The position numbers and the translations under genes were made by a program. From Thainema sp. (lineage in GTDB: Bacteria > Cyanobacteriota > Cyanobacteriia > Phormidesmidales > Phormidesmidaceae): a stretch of DNA of 64,000 nt. Within the stretch, counting starts at the first letter, position 1; each line of letters opens with the position of its first letter. The notes below the pieces were generated by a model. It saw only the letters and a list, made by a program, of their open reading frames with translations, ran no database searches and had not been told where the DNA came from. The DNA lies in contig JBQLZK010000009.1 of the NCBI GenBank assembly GCA_052168235.1, positions 66,827-130,826 of the forward strand. Reading direction: 5' to 3'. Shown here piece by piece: positions 14,093 through 23,178 of this stretch.

Positions 14093-14576
14093 CAACCGAG
14101 AATTTAGCCAGCAAGCCTACAAAGCGCTGAATGATTTGAAATGCCGACTAAATGACCTTGCTGAGGCGGTTCTCATAGAAGAGCTGAAAAAAAAGAAACG
14201 GCGTCCTTCTTCGCAAGAAATTAGTGAGCGAGCAGAGTCTTACTTCAAAAAGTCTAGTGGTTTAGTACAAGGACTCTCAACATACATAGCGACTTGGGGA
14301 CTCCATCGACTGACTGGGGATGCCAAGAAGTTTTCTCTCGGCACAGCATCAGATACGCAATACAAAGGTTCAGTATATGGGCTATTTTTAGAGCGGCTAA
14401 AGCACCTTAGCGGCGCAGATTTTGTTGTCTGGAGTGATGGGAAAGACGGCAAGGATGAAAAAACATTAGTCAATCTTGATCTCCGGGAATACACAGCTCT
14501 AAATCGATTGGCGATCAAATTGGCTAAAGAGTGGGGATTTTGGGCTGCAGCTGTTCTCGGCGAGGCAGAAGAATAA
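14082..14576 (+). CDS. cmr5: Cmr5 small subunit (Cas11)
   Basis: Small helical protein between cmr4 and cmr6; GLSTYIATWGL motif; ATG 14082 with GAGGAGG upstream. Confidence 0.75.
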   Translation: MTIDNREFSQQAYKALNDLKCRLNDLAEAVLIEELKKKKRRPSSQEISERAESYFKKSSGLVQGLSTYIATWGLHRLTGDAKKFSLGTASDTQYKGSVYGLFLERLKHLSGADFVVWSDGKDGKDEKTLVNLDLREYTALNRLAIKLAKEWGFWAAAVLGEAEE

Positions 14577-14578
14577 CA

Positions 14579-16618
14579 ATGGTGAACGGTAGAAACAGGA
14601 CAACACTTCAGGATTTGGCTTTTCTTAAAGACCAGTTGCCTGCAGAGAACAAGCAAGTCAAAAAGAAACCTAAGAAGAAGCAGACGAGTAAGTGGCCGAA
14701 ACCTGGTAGTAAGATACCGCTACAGGTTCTGCAGTTTGACGATCTTGAGATTTTAGATGTCCAAAATCAGGCTCAATACAGACAGCTATTTGATTGGCAA
14801 GAAATATTATCGAGCCTTCTATCAATCCAAACTTTTAAAAATCGAGTTCAACAAGTAGACTCTCTGATTAAGGATGAGCAGCCTAAGAGAGAACGTTCTA
14901 ACCGAAAAACAGAATTTGAAAAGATACTCGTCCGTATTAATGACGATCATCATAGTTTAAGCAACGAAATTCATCGCATGAGGATCCACAAGGAAATCCT
15001 CACCCTCGAAGACCAACGAATTCGTAAAGTCCTAACCAATTCCGTACACGCAGACAGCGATATTTGGCAGCCACTCTATGATGAACTTAATCAGCGAGTA
15101 AGGTTACTCGCCTGCGAAGTCGATACCAAAACCGGAGAACGGAAAAAAGCTATCGTCACAGTTCAGTATCCATGGCGAGTGCGTGTGGGCGGACTGCCGG
15201 GCTTTCGAGAGCGCCTGTTACCTGCAATGCACCCTGTATACGGTATTCCCTACGTACCAGCCAGCACCATTAAAGGCATCTTACGAGCATGGGCTGTTGA
15301 AAGTGGTCAAGATCATACTCAGATCAAACATCTGTTGGGTTTTCTAGAAGGCTCTAAAGCCGCCATGGCAGCAGTCGAAATCCTAGATGCCTTCCCGGAA
15401 CAGCCATCTCTCAGCGTAGATGTAGCGACTCCTCAGTGGTCGTGGCAAGGGGATAACGTCTCCTATGGCCCCAGCCCCCATCAGATGCTATCGCTTGAGA
15501 ACTTAAGCCTAAATATTGGTTTGACTTACACAAGCTATGGCAACGAGGCAGATGTAAAAGCTGTCATGGGCTGGCTAGAGCAAGCACTTCGCATCAAGGG
15601 ATTAGGCTCTCGTGTTAGTGCTGGCTATGGTCAAGCTACGCAGGTAAACAATACTGCGCCAAGTCCAGAGGCAACCTCCTGTAGAAAGATCTATCCCTTT
15701 AAGTTCTGGTCACAGGGAATGTATGGTGCAACTCCACCTGCACCTGACAATGGATACAACGGCGTCATGGAGTTTCGTACGTCTTCTATTCGTGGGGTAC
15801 TGCGTTACTGGTTCCGGGCGATCGCCCTAGGATTTTATTCATCCCAAACATGTAAGACTTTAGAGCAAGAAATATTTGGATCAATTGACCCTAAACCCGT
15901 TGCAGGCAAACTGCAAATTAAAGTTTGTCTGAAAGATGAAGTTCTGGATGGGAATCCTCACTATGCAGCAGGAGATATTTTTTTAGAATCTCAGAACACT
16001 CATTGTTTGGTCCTGATGGGCAAAGTACTGGAACTCGCCGTTCATTTGGGGGGAGTGGGGCGAGGCAGCCGACGACCACTGCACTGGAACGATGGTATGC
16101 GTGGATGTTACTGGCAGCTAGAGTCACCAGCAACTCTTCCCTGTGATTATCAGCAATGGCAAAACTTATTAAATGGCTCTAGTCACAACAGCATCAGAAA
16201 CCTGTTCCAATCTCTACATCCTTTTGGAACAATCGGTACTGGAGATCCTGGAACACCTGGGCAACGACAACAGGATGTACTCAATCAGAATTGTCGGATT
16301 TATTTGGTCGAGGCACCTAATCTCAAACATCCGCAAGTAGTTGGGAGTTGGGAAGCTGAGGGCAAAAATTCTGAAGTGCGCGGGCCAGCACTCAAATTGC
16401 TTTACTCTAACCAAAACTTCAAAGGTGGTAAACCTCCCAATGGCAAGCCAACTGTTGGTGGCAAATTGGGTACTCCCTCGTATGTCACGATTCAATCAAA
16501 TTTTCCTATCAGCAAGAATCCTTATCAAGCTGTCACTATTTTTGGTGCAAATCATCATGATCGTCAGACCTTTGAAAACAAGCTAGCAAGGCTCAATGGT
16601 GCTCAGCGAATTAGGTAG
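14579..16618 (+). CDS. cmr6: Cmr6-Cmr1 fusion RAMP protein
   Basis: Cmr6 half: HPVYGIPYVPASTIKG..GLGSRVSAGYG. Cmr1 half: FRTSSIRGVLRYWFRA..LGGVGRGSRR. Confidence 0.88.
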   Translation: MVNGRNRTTLQDLAFLKDQLPAENKQVKKKPKKKQTSKWPKPGSKIPLQVLQFDDLEILDVQNQAQYRQLFDWQEILSSLLSIQTFKNRVQQVDSLIKDEQPKRERSNRKTEFEKILVRINDDHHSLSNEIHRMRIHKEILTLEDQRIRKVLTNSVHADSDIWQPLYDELNQRVRLLACEVDTKTGERKKAIVTVQYPWRVRVGGLPGFRERLLPAMHPVYGIPYVPASTIKGILRAWAVESGQDHTQIKHLLGFLEGSKAAMAAVEILDAFPEQPSLSVDVATPQWSWQGDNVSYGPSPHQMLSLENLSLNIGLTYTSYGNEADVKAVMGWLEQALRIKGLGSRVSAGYGQATQVNNTAPSPEATSCRKIYPFKFWSQGMYGATPPAPDNGYNGVMEFRTSSIRGVLRYWFRAIALGFYSSQTCKTLEQEIFGSIDPKPVAGKLQIKVCLKDEVLDGNPHYAAGDIFLESQNTHCLVLMGKVLELAVHLGGVGRGSRRPLHWNDGMRGCYWQLESPATLPCDYQQWQNLLNGSSHNSIRNLFQSLHPFGTIGTGDPGTPGQRQQDVLNQNCRIYLVEAPNLKHPQVVGSWEAEGKNSEVRGPALKLLYSNQNFKGGKPPNGKPTVGGKLGTPSYVTIQSNFPISKNPYQAVTIFGANHHDRQTFENKLARLNGAQRIR

Positions 16619-16711
16619 CAACAAAATTCGATATTCCAGAGGCCCTATATGAATGAGAGCATCATAAGAAAAACACCTCAAAATCAACACTTTGACAGAT
16701 ATATATGAGCC

Positions 16712-17545
16712 ATGAGAATAAAGAATGAATCCTCTATGTTTGAATGGGTCAAATGGGCGATGTTTATTTTAGCGATCGCAGTCTCGATTGCCATAATTAG
16801 CTGGGCATTGAACTTATCGGCCATACTCACAAAGGTTTTGAACTTGCCTCCGAACAGTGATCCGCTAGCGCAAACGGACTCAGAGGTTCTAGCTAGCCAG
16901 CTAGAATTTATTTTGACGATGAACAGCGTCTTTCTGGGATTCCTTGGCATTATTGGGACATTATTAACCTGGTTCTTCAAGAACAGTCTTGAGGATGCTA
17001 AAGAAGTTGCAGGCAAGATGGTGCGAAGCGAACTAGATAAGCACATTCAAAAACGTATTCAGGATGAATTTCGTCATTGGGAGATGAGTGCTCGAACTGA
17101 GCGTGTAGTTAGCCAAACCTTAGTCAATTATTATCTGCCTGACGGTATAGAAGAACCCCGCGAGTTTTCATTAGTTAAAAATCGCGGCTTTCGGCATGTC
17201 TTATTTTGTAGCCGATTAGAGGAGGTTAGACGTTCATCTGCTGATGTAGTTATTTTAGATGTTCAAAATTGGACAACAGAATCAGGTCAGAGTGTTGTTC
17301 AGACTGAAAAAGGAAAACTGATTGACGAAAGCGAACAGCAAGTCAAACAGCAAATTGATTCTTTGAGAAAAATGATCTCAGATCATGTTGTTTTAGTCGT
17401 CTACGTTCGTGGAACTGTTAACTACCTTTATGATCCCCAATTTGCCGCCGAGTTTGTACTGGCAGCTAATAACCATGTAACGCTGTTAGGTCATGCGGTA
17501 AACGGAGCTTATGTGGCCTACGGCGATCGCATAGCAAATCGCTAG
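16712..17545 (+). CDS. Two-TM protein with REC-like/Rossmannoid C-terminal domain; putative type III effector, paralog of 3067..3891
   Basis: Two hydrophobic helices; NRGF, ADVVILD, LVVY and AANNHVTL..GAYV motifs; follows cmr6-cmr1. Confidence 0.6.
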   Translation: MRIKNESSMFEWVKWAMFILAIAVSIAIISWALNLSAILTKVLNLPPNSDPLAQTDSEVLASQLEFILTMNSVFLGFLGIIGTLLTWFFKNSLEDAKEVAGKMVRSELDKHIQKRIQDEFRHWEMSARTERVVSQTLVNYYLPDGIEEPREFSLVKNRGFRHVLFCSRLEEVRRSSADVVILDVQNWTTESGQSVVQTEKGKLIDESEQQVKQQIDSLRKMISDHVVLVVYVRGTVNYLYDPQFAAEFVLAANNHVTLLGHAVNGAYVAYGDRIANR

Positions 17546-17549
17546 TTTT

Positions 17550-18617
17550 ATGGGAGCAGGATCAGGTTCGTTGGAGATTAACATGAAGGCAATTCACTCC
17601 TGGTACTTTGTCAGCGAACTTGCCCTAGAAGACTTTGTTTGTGCCAACCTATGGCCGTTACTACGGCTACAACCCCTAGCACGGCAGTACGCTATCGATG
17701 GCCAAATCTGCGATATCCTCGCCCTCAGCCCCCAGCAGCAACTCGTCATCATCGAACTGAAAAATGTCGAAGACCGCTACGTCATCCCCCAACTCACCCG
17801 CTATTACGCCAGTCTCGCAAAAGCACAACCCTTTGCCGATCACGTTGATTACAGCCAACTCATCCGTTTACTTGCGATCGCACCCAGCTTTCATGTCCAT
17901 AACCTAATTGACCGAGACTACAGCCAACTTAACTTTGACTGTCTCACCTTTCAGGTAACCAAAACCGACCGTCAAGAGCTGATGCTGACCTTAACAGACT
18001 TGGATCAGAATTTGATCGGTGAAGTTGCGATCGCGCCGCTCTATCGCCGCTATCTTCAGGCAGAAGATAAAGAAATTGAACCCGAACCCATTCGCCAAAT
18101 CGGGCCACCACCCAAATCACTCCGAAAACTGCTCGATACACTCCCGCCCGAACAGCAACAAGAGTGGTTAACGGTGCGAGAGCAAATCCTAAATTTTGAC
18201 GAGCGGATTGCCGAAGTAGGCCGCAGCACCACAACCCAATATGGTCTGAGAAAAGGAAATACCGAGGTCTACAAAACAAAGCTCTGTGCAGAGATTCTAA
18301 CTAAAGGGACATCCCAGCCCCACTTGATGCTGCGCCTTCCCTATCCCAAACGCGAGTTTGGTGCTCCAGGTCGAACTTACAAGAAGCAACGGGTTTTGGG
18401 ATTTACATGGGCCACTGTGCCACTGCCCTATCAATTTCAACATGGGTGGCAAGTATCTTACCACTTGGGCAAATCTCGACTTAGCGCCAGTTTCACACTA
18501 CAACCATCTCAACTAGCACTCATGCATCAGCAACTGACTGGTCAAATCCGTCAAGTCACATCTACGCAGGATATCGTTGAGCTAGCCCTCGAACAGTGGG
18601 TTCAGCAGTTTTTATAA
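17550..18617 (+). CDS. PD-(D/E)XK nuclease, NucS/EndoMS-like catalytic domain with a C-terminal extension
   Basis: E.ALEDFV, CDILA..LVIIELK and QLTRY motifs. The start may be 17583. Confidence 0.75.
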   Translation: MGAGSGSLEINMKAIHSWYFVSELALEDFVCANLWPLLRLQPLARQYAIDGQICDILALSPQQQLVIIELKNVEDRYVIPQLTRYYASLAKAQPFADHVDYSQLIRLLAIAPSFHVHNLIDRDYSQLNFDCLTFQVTKTDRQELMLTLTDLDQNLIGEVAIAPLYRRYLQAEDKEIEPEPIRQIGPPPKSLRKLLDTLPPEQQQEWLTVREQILNFDERIAEVGRSTTTQYGLRKGNTEVYKTKLCAEILTKGTSQPHLMLRLPYPKREFGAPGRTYKKQRVLGFTWATVPLPYQFQHGWQVSYHLGKSRLSASFTLQPSQLALMHQQLTGQIRQVTSTQDIVELALEQWVQQFL

Positions 18618-18940
18618 GACTTAATGCTCGTCTATGCGAGTTTCAAAGCTCTCTGTCCAAGTTGCGATCGCAGCTTCAATAGGCTGACTACACGGGATGG
18701 CCCAAGAATTGACGGATCACTTTGGCTATTTCTTCAGCATCATCACGACACGGTGTGGCAGGGCTGGCTGTTCGAACTATCTTGCGATTGTTCAACTCCA
18801 GCACGGTTCGGTAAACAGGCAGCTTCTTCCCACGCGTTTTTTCTTGAACGGTTACCGTGTCGATATTCGACAACCCGAATCGTTGAGTCGTCTGTAAGCC
18901 TCGACGTTCAACTTTGCGAGCCACTCGGTTTTGCTCTTAT

Positions 18941-19056
18941 CAACGCAATGGCTCCATCAGCATTTTCAGAAAACGTTAAACGTTATCGAACATACCAAAC
19001 GGCACACCTAAAGCAATCAGGAAACCGTTCTCAACTGCACGATTGGCAGAACGGCT
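18941..19056 (+). repeat. Degenerate, internally deleted copy of 20718-20943
   Basis: ATGGCTCCATCA..TTTCAG..AAACGTTATC..CCAAACGG.ACACCTAAA matches 20718-20792; ACCGTTCTC..CTGCACGATTGGCAGAACGGCT matches 20911-20943. Confidence 0.85.
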
Positions 19057-19116
19057 AGAAACCAAGAATGAAGCTAGCTTTGCAGATGTATCGCCCAAAT
19101 AGGTTCTAGGATGAGG

Positions 19117-19254
19117 TTAGCTTGCGGTCTGTATTTGTAGTAATGCCACGATCTCATCCCGACCATGCAGATAAATGAGGGCGTCGAGAATATCACCTAA
19201 CTCATACTCAGTCAGAGATTCAAGGATGTCGGGATGTAGGTTTTCCATTGCCAT
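19117..19254 (-). CDS. Small hypothetical protein (45 aa, MAMENLHPDILESL...)
   Basis: ATG-to-TAA ORF read manually, AGGA upstream, same strand as neighbours. Confidence 0.4.
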   Translation of the reverse strand: MAMENLHPDILESLTEYELGDILDALIYLHGRDEIVALLQIQTAS

Positions 19255-19316
19255 AGTCCTGTGTATGTTCGCTATGTGGCAGATTGAGGGGGCTAGATGC
19301 CCCCAGTGACTAGCGT

Positions 19317-19550
19317 CTAATGCTCGTCAGTGCGAGTCTCGAAACGTTCTGTCCAAGTTGAGATCGCAACCGGGCGAATGATGCGCTTGAACATCTCAGG
19401 CCGTCGCCGAATGCGAACATATTCAGCCTGCCAATGTTTTAAATAGTCCGGATGGGCAGATTGAGGCATGATGCCGTGCGCACCATCACTTGCGCCTTCG
19501 TAGGCCATTGCCGACAGGATTGGTTCAGGTTGATTGAGTTGTGCAATCAT
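19317..19550 (-). CDS. Small hypothetical protein
   Basis: ATG ORF preceded by GGAG; part of the - strand small-gene cluster. Confidence 0.5.
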   Translation of the reverse strand: MIAQLNQPEPILSAMAYEGASDGAHGIMPQSAHPDYLKHWQAEYVRIRRRPEMFKRIIRPVAISTWTERFETRTDEH

Positions 19551-19657
19551 AGATGTGCTCCAACGTGAGTAATGAGGGCGATTGAGCTTTGGTCAGTGCG
19601 GTCGCCCTCGTTTGCAGCTTTGGGGTATTGTTCAGCCTGCCCCAAGGCGAAGGCTTG

Positions 19658-20074
19658 TTAGGCCGCGATCGCGTCGCTATCCTCCAGTGCCGCTTCGTAC
19701 AGCTCAATGAACTGTGGCTTCGTCAGCGACTTGCCATGACGGGTAGCTGGAATGTTAAAAGTCTTGCGAAGACGGGCCTTCTTCAAATCACGGATGTCCC
19801 ACTTTGACCAATCAATAGCCACGATCTCAGGCTTACGGTAAGGACGTTGAAACGGGACGACCGCGTCCTCAATGATTGGCCGATGATGCGCGTCCATCTG
19901 TGCGAGTTCCGCCTCGATATCAATGTCAAGATCCGGAACCATCGTTCCACTGTTGGCACTGCAAATGTGGCGATCACGCTCATACTGCCCAAAGCCCCTC
20001 ACAAACACAGTTGCAAAAAACGCAAAACATGAAATGGTGAACGCTTCGATTGCGAACGTAAAAACGGATTGCAT
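19658..20074 (-). CDS. Hypothetical protein with an N-terminal hydrophobic segment and a basic HeH/Rho-N-like C-terminus
   Basis: WDIRDLKKARLRKTFNIP..LTKPQFIELY. The domain call is tentative. Confidence 0.55.
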   Translation of the reverse strand: MQSVFTFAIEAFTISCFAFFATVFVRGFGQYERDRHICSANSGTMVPDLDIDIEAELAQMDAHHRPIIEDAVVPFQRPYRKPEIVAIDWSKWDIRDLKKARLRKTFNIPATRHGKSLTKPQFIELYEAALEDSDAIAA

Positions 20075-20254
20075 TGTAAATACCTAGATAACAACATGCC
20101 CTTGAAACGGTGGGCAAAGAATCAGCAAACCTTGAAGTGACAACTCGCGCGTTGATTACAACGGGCGTGAAGCGTTCCCCAGATAGTTCCAACTCTCATT
20201 CGTCGGTAACGCTCTGTGCCCTTGGATCTGATATCTCATTTATCTGGTACTATT

Positions 20255-20313
20255 TTACAGATATCTGTAAGGATATGTCAACAGATATCTGTAAAAAAAC
20301 GACAGGTATCTGT
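20255..20313. promoter_or_regulatory. Three palindromic operators ACAG(A/G)TATCTGT between divergent genes
   Basis: Cores at 20257-20268, 20281-20292 and 20302-20313; the first extends to TTACAGATATCTGTAA. Confidence 0.8.
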
Positions 20314-20345
20314 GGGTTTCCCCTATTAACATCAACGTTCTCGAT

Positions 20346-20558
20346 ATGAGAGTGAAAAGTAATCTTCCTGTATTAATGGCTCAGCATGAGCCGCCCCTAA
20401 ACCAAGCTGATGTTGCGAGGCAAGCTAAAGTCAGCCCCACCACCATCAATCAGCTCTATAACGACAAATTGCAGCGATTAGATAGAAAGCTGTGCAAGAG
20501 TCTATACGATGCATTCGGATGGACACCCGGTGATATTTGGATCGTCGTACCCGATTGA
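20346..20558 (+). CDS. XRE/Cro-C1 family HTH regulator
   Basis: LNQADVARQAKVSPTTINQLYN HTH and C-terminal TPGDI, 70 aa. Confidence 0.88.
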   Translation: MRVKSNLPVLMAQHEPPLNQADVARQAKVSPTTINQLYNDKLQRLDRKLCKSLYDAFGWTPGDIWIVVPD

Positions 20559-20634
20559 TTCTTTCATCTGCGATCGCAACTGGATGCACAGAACAGCACA
20601 CGTTTTATGTCCCCACTCACCATTCCGGCTGCGA

Positions 20635-20684
20635 CTTCATTCGTGTCACTTAAATGGACGACTAAATAAGTGACACGAATGAAG
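20635..20684. repeat. Dispersed site 1: ATTCGTGT-N26-ACACGAAT (18-bp perfect arms in this copy)
   Basis: CTTCATTCGTGTCACTTA / TAAGTGACACGAATGAAG. Confidence 0.9.
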
Positions 20685-20841
20685 CCGCGAAAACCGGGAC
20701 CTGCCACTGCTCATCTGCAACGGTATGGCTCCATCAACACTTTCAGGAAACGTTATCCAACGTCCCAAACGGGACACCTAAAACAACAAGGATTTTAGCT
20801 ACACTGCGGGGATAACAGTCACGAGTCCATTGAGGATTGGC

Positions 20842-21260
20842 ATGAGCATTCGCCCATTTCATCTAGCATTTCCGGTCAACGATTTAGCGGCGACTCGCCA
20901 CTTCTATGAGACCGTTCTCGGCTGCACGATTGGCAGAACGGCTGACACCTGGATTGACTTTAATCTATTTGGGCATCAGGTCACAGCCCATTTAAGCCCA
21001 TCTCATGCGGCAACAATGCCGACCAATGATGTTGATGGCAAACCAGTTCCGGTACAGCATCGGGGCGTCATTTTAGAGATGCCACAATGACAGAGGTGGG
21101 CCAAGCAACTTCAACAGCACGGAATCGACTTCATTATTGAGCCTCATATTCGCTTTAAGGGAGAAGTCGGAGAACAAGCCACCATGTTTTTCTTGGATGT
21201 CAACGGACATGCACTGGAGTTCAAAGCCTTTCAACAGGATGAAGCTATCTTTGCGGTGAC
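20842..21260 (+). pseudogene. VOC/glyoxalase family gene with an in-frame TGA at 21088-21090
   Basis: PFHLAFPVNDL..WIDFNLFGHQ; the frame continues after the stop as [28 protein letters not shown]. Confidence 0.85.
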
Positions 21261-21297
21261 ATCACATCAACATCACATCAATAGGTCATTGATAGCG

Positions 21298-21711
21298 CTA
21301 GGGTTGGCCATACATCACCCCGTCCTTAAATCCCTGATATTCAGAATTCAGCCGCTCGTATTCCAGCGCTTGCTGTTCTGCCGTCCATTTTGCCCGTTCT
21401 TGCTGGAGCAGTGCATCTACCTCAGATTGGGTTAGGGTTGGCTCCTGCTGCTTGGGTTTCAATGCCTGAATAAGCAGAAGCAGGGCTACGAAAAAGCAGG
21501 TTGCTGCGATCGCAGCTCTCACCGCATCCCAGTTGATGCCAGATTGAGGCACGGTAAACACTCCGACCTGTTCATGGGGCTCCTCCACCAGTTCTGCTTG
21601 AACTGGCTGTGACTGTCGCACCAGCGGTTGCGCTGCAACAACTGGACTAGAGGTGGGTAACTGTCGCTGTTGGTCGTGGGGGAGATTGATGTTGATACTG
21701 ATTGGGTTCAT
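21298..21711 (-). CDS. Single-TM protein with a C-terminal coiled coil (FtsK operon)
   Basis: [16 protein letters not shown] helix; GAGG before ATG. Confidence 0.7.
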   Translation of the reverse strand: MNPISININLPHDQQRQLPTSSPVVAAQPLVRQSQPVQAELVEEPHEQVGVFTVPQSGINWDAVRAAIAATCFFVALLLLIQALKPKQQEPTLTQSEVDALLQQERAKWTAEQQALEYERLNSEYQGFKDGVMYGQP

Positions 21712-21776
21712 AATAACCTCGTCTCTTGATTGGAGATGAGGCAGGGGGACTTTTGCGGGTTCCCCTGCCTGCTAAT

Positions 21777-22151
21777 TCAGTGATTGACAGCGGCCAGCCA
21801 CATGCCAGCCAGAAGTGCCGGAATGAGCAAGAGAGCCGAATAGATGCTCATGCCAACTGCGATCGCACATCCGACCGGAATGATCGCAACCAGCAGTCCG
21901 TAGAACAACGTTCGACCGACGAACCGGAGCCGCTCGTCGAGTCGAACAATGGCCACGTATTCCCCCAAGTATCGGCTCATCGCTTCATCGCTGGCTTGGG
22001 CGAGGCAAAAGCCTTTGTAGTTCCGATCGAGCCGCTGTGAGTAGCTGGATTCAGCCACATCAAATTGAAGGTCGGCGAGGTGTTGGCCAATTGCGATCGC
22101 AAGAGTTGGATCGAACTCATCCGGGATGTGCTCGATGTCTTCAGGCTTCAT
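21777..22151 (-). CDS. Small membrane protein with two C-terminal TM helices (FtsK operon)
   Basis: Hydrophobic C-terminus; ATG 22151 with GAGG, overlapping the upstream stop. Confidence 0.65.
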   Translation of the reverse strand: MKPEDIEHIPDEFDPTLAIAIGQHLADLQFDVAESSYSQRLDRNYKGFCLAQASDEAMSRYLGEYVAIVRLDERLRFVGRTLFYGLLVAIIPVGCAIAVGMSIYSALLLIPALLAGMWLAAVNH

Positions 22152-22536
22152 CGGCCTCGTCCTCATGGGGTGTAATGTAGGCCGAGCGGATACTGCCCGC
22201 TTTGACTGCCATGCCATTGAAGAGCGATGCCATCATGTAGTTCGTTCGCTTGACGAGTTGCTGACCGCGCTCCTTGAATCGCTTCTCCATGCCATGCTCA
22301 GCCGCATCAAAGGCCGCATCGACGAGTTCAGTTCCGCCTTGAACCAGTTGGGCCGGTTCAAACTGTTCAACATCGACGTTCACATTGGGATTTTCAGTTT
22401 GAACGGCGGGTGGACGATAGGGTTTGGATTGTGTTTTGCCGCGCGCCACCTTGTCGCTTGATGCAGTACTGACTGAACGAGCTAAGCCTATTTGTGTTTC
22501 TGTGGTTTGTTCGGAATTAGTAGGTTTGTTGGTCAT
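22141..22536 (-). CDS. Hypothetical protein (FtsK operon)
   Basis: Tightly packed ORF on the operon strand. Confidence 0.6.
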   Translation of the reverse strand: MTNKPTNSEQTTETQIGLARSVSTASSDKVARGKTQSKPYRPPAVQTENPNVNVDVEQFEPAQLVQGGTELVDAAFDAAEHGMEKRFKERGQQLVKRTNYMMASLFNGMAVKAGSIRSAYITPHEDEADEA

Positions 22537-22548
22537 GACTGAAATCCC

Positions 22549-22971
22549 CTATGCAACAGTACTTTGAACATTAATCGTGTCCTGCTGAATGCGCCGTTGA
22601 TTTTGGCGCATGAGCATCTCTTCAATGCCAACATTGCAGTCTGCTTCTGAACCACCGGCTAGTGCAACAACCGCCCAAATTTCTGCATCAGTTTGGTGAT
22701 TGATGAACTCAATGATTTCGCTTTCAGGAATTTGATGTCTCCCTTTTGCATACTGCAAATGGCGATAAAGCGTGACGCAGTAAATAGTTTTCACTTCGGC
22801 TCGGGAGAGAGAAGCCCGATAGGCTCGCTCACCCCACAAGATTTTGGTGTCACGACTGATCTGATAGAGGGGTGCGCCCAACATATCTGCCACATCCTGT
22901 TTCGGAAATTGTGCGATCGCATCAACGATTTGAGGAACACGAGTGGTTGCTGGGCGTTTACGAATTGGCAT
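22549..22971 (-). CDS. Hypothetical protein, possibly HTH DNA-binding (FtsK operon)
   Basis: KQDVADMLGAPLYQISRD is HTH-like; ATG 22971 has GGAG upstream. Confidence 0.6.
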   Translation of the reverse strand: MPIRKRPATTRVPQIVDAIAQFPKQDVADMLGAPLYQISRDTKILWGERAYRASLSRAEVKTIYCVTLYRHLQYAKGRHQIPESEIIEFINHQTDAEIWAVVALAGGSEADCNVGIEEMLMRQNQRRIQQDTINVQSTVA

Positions 22972-23178
22972 GTCATGCAGTCTCCATAAGGGTTTTGCAA
23001 GATGGGGGTTAAAAGACCGTCGAGTTGCAGCATTTGCAAAACTTGTATGCATTAGCAGCACGTCAACCCCCGGTGTTGCAAGTTAGAACAATTCTGATAA
23101 AGCCTGTATCAGTTACAGGAGCTGAATTGCAGCACTGAATTTGCAACCTGCGGGTTGCAAGTGCAACCTTTTACGCCA

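Noticed and set aside
17550..18617. Calling the nuclease NucC
   Set aside because: Motifs fit the NucS/EndoMS-like family, and no NucC-specific features were recognised.
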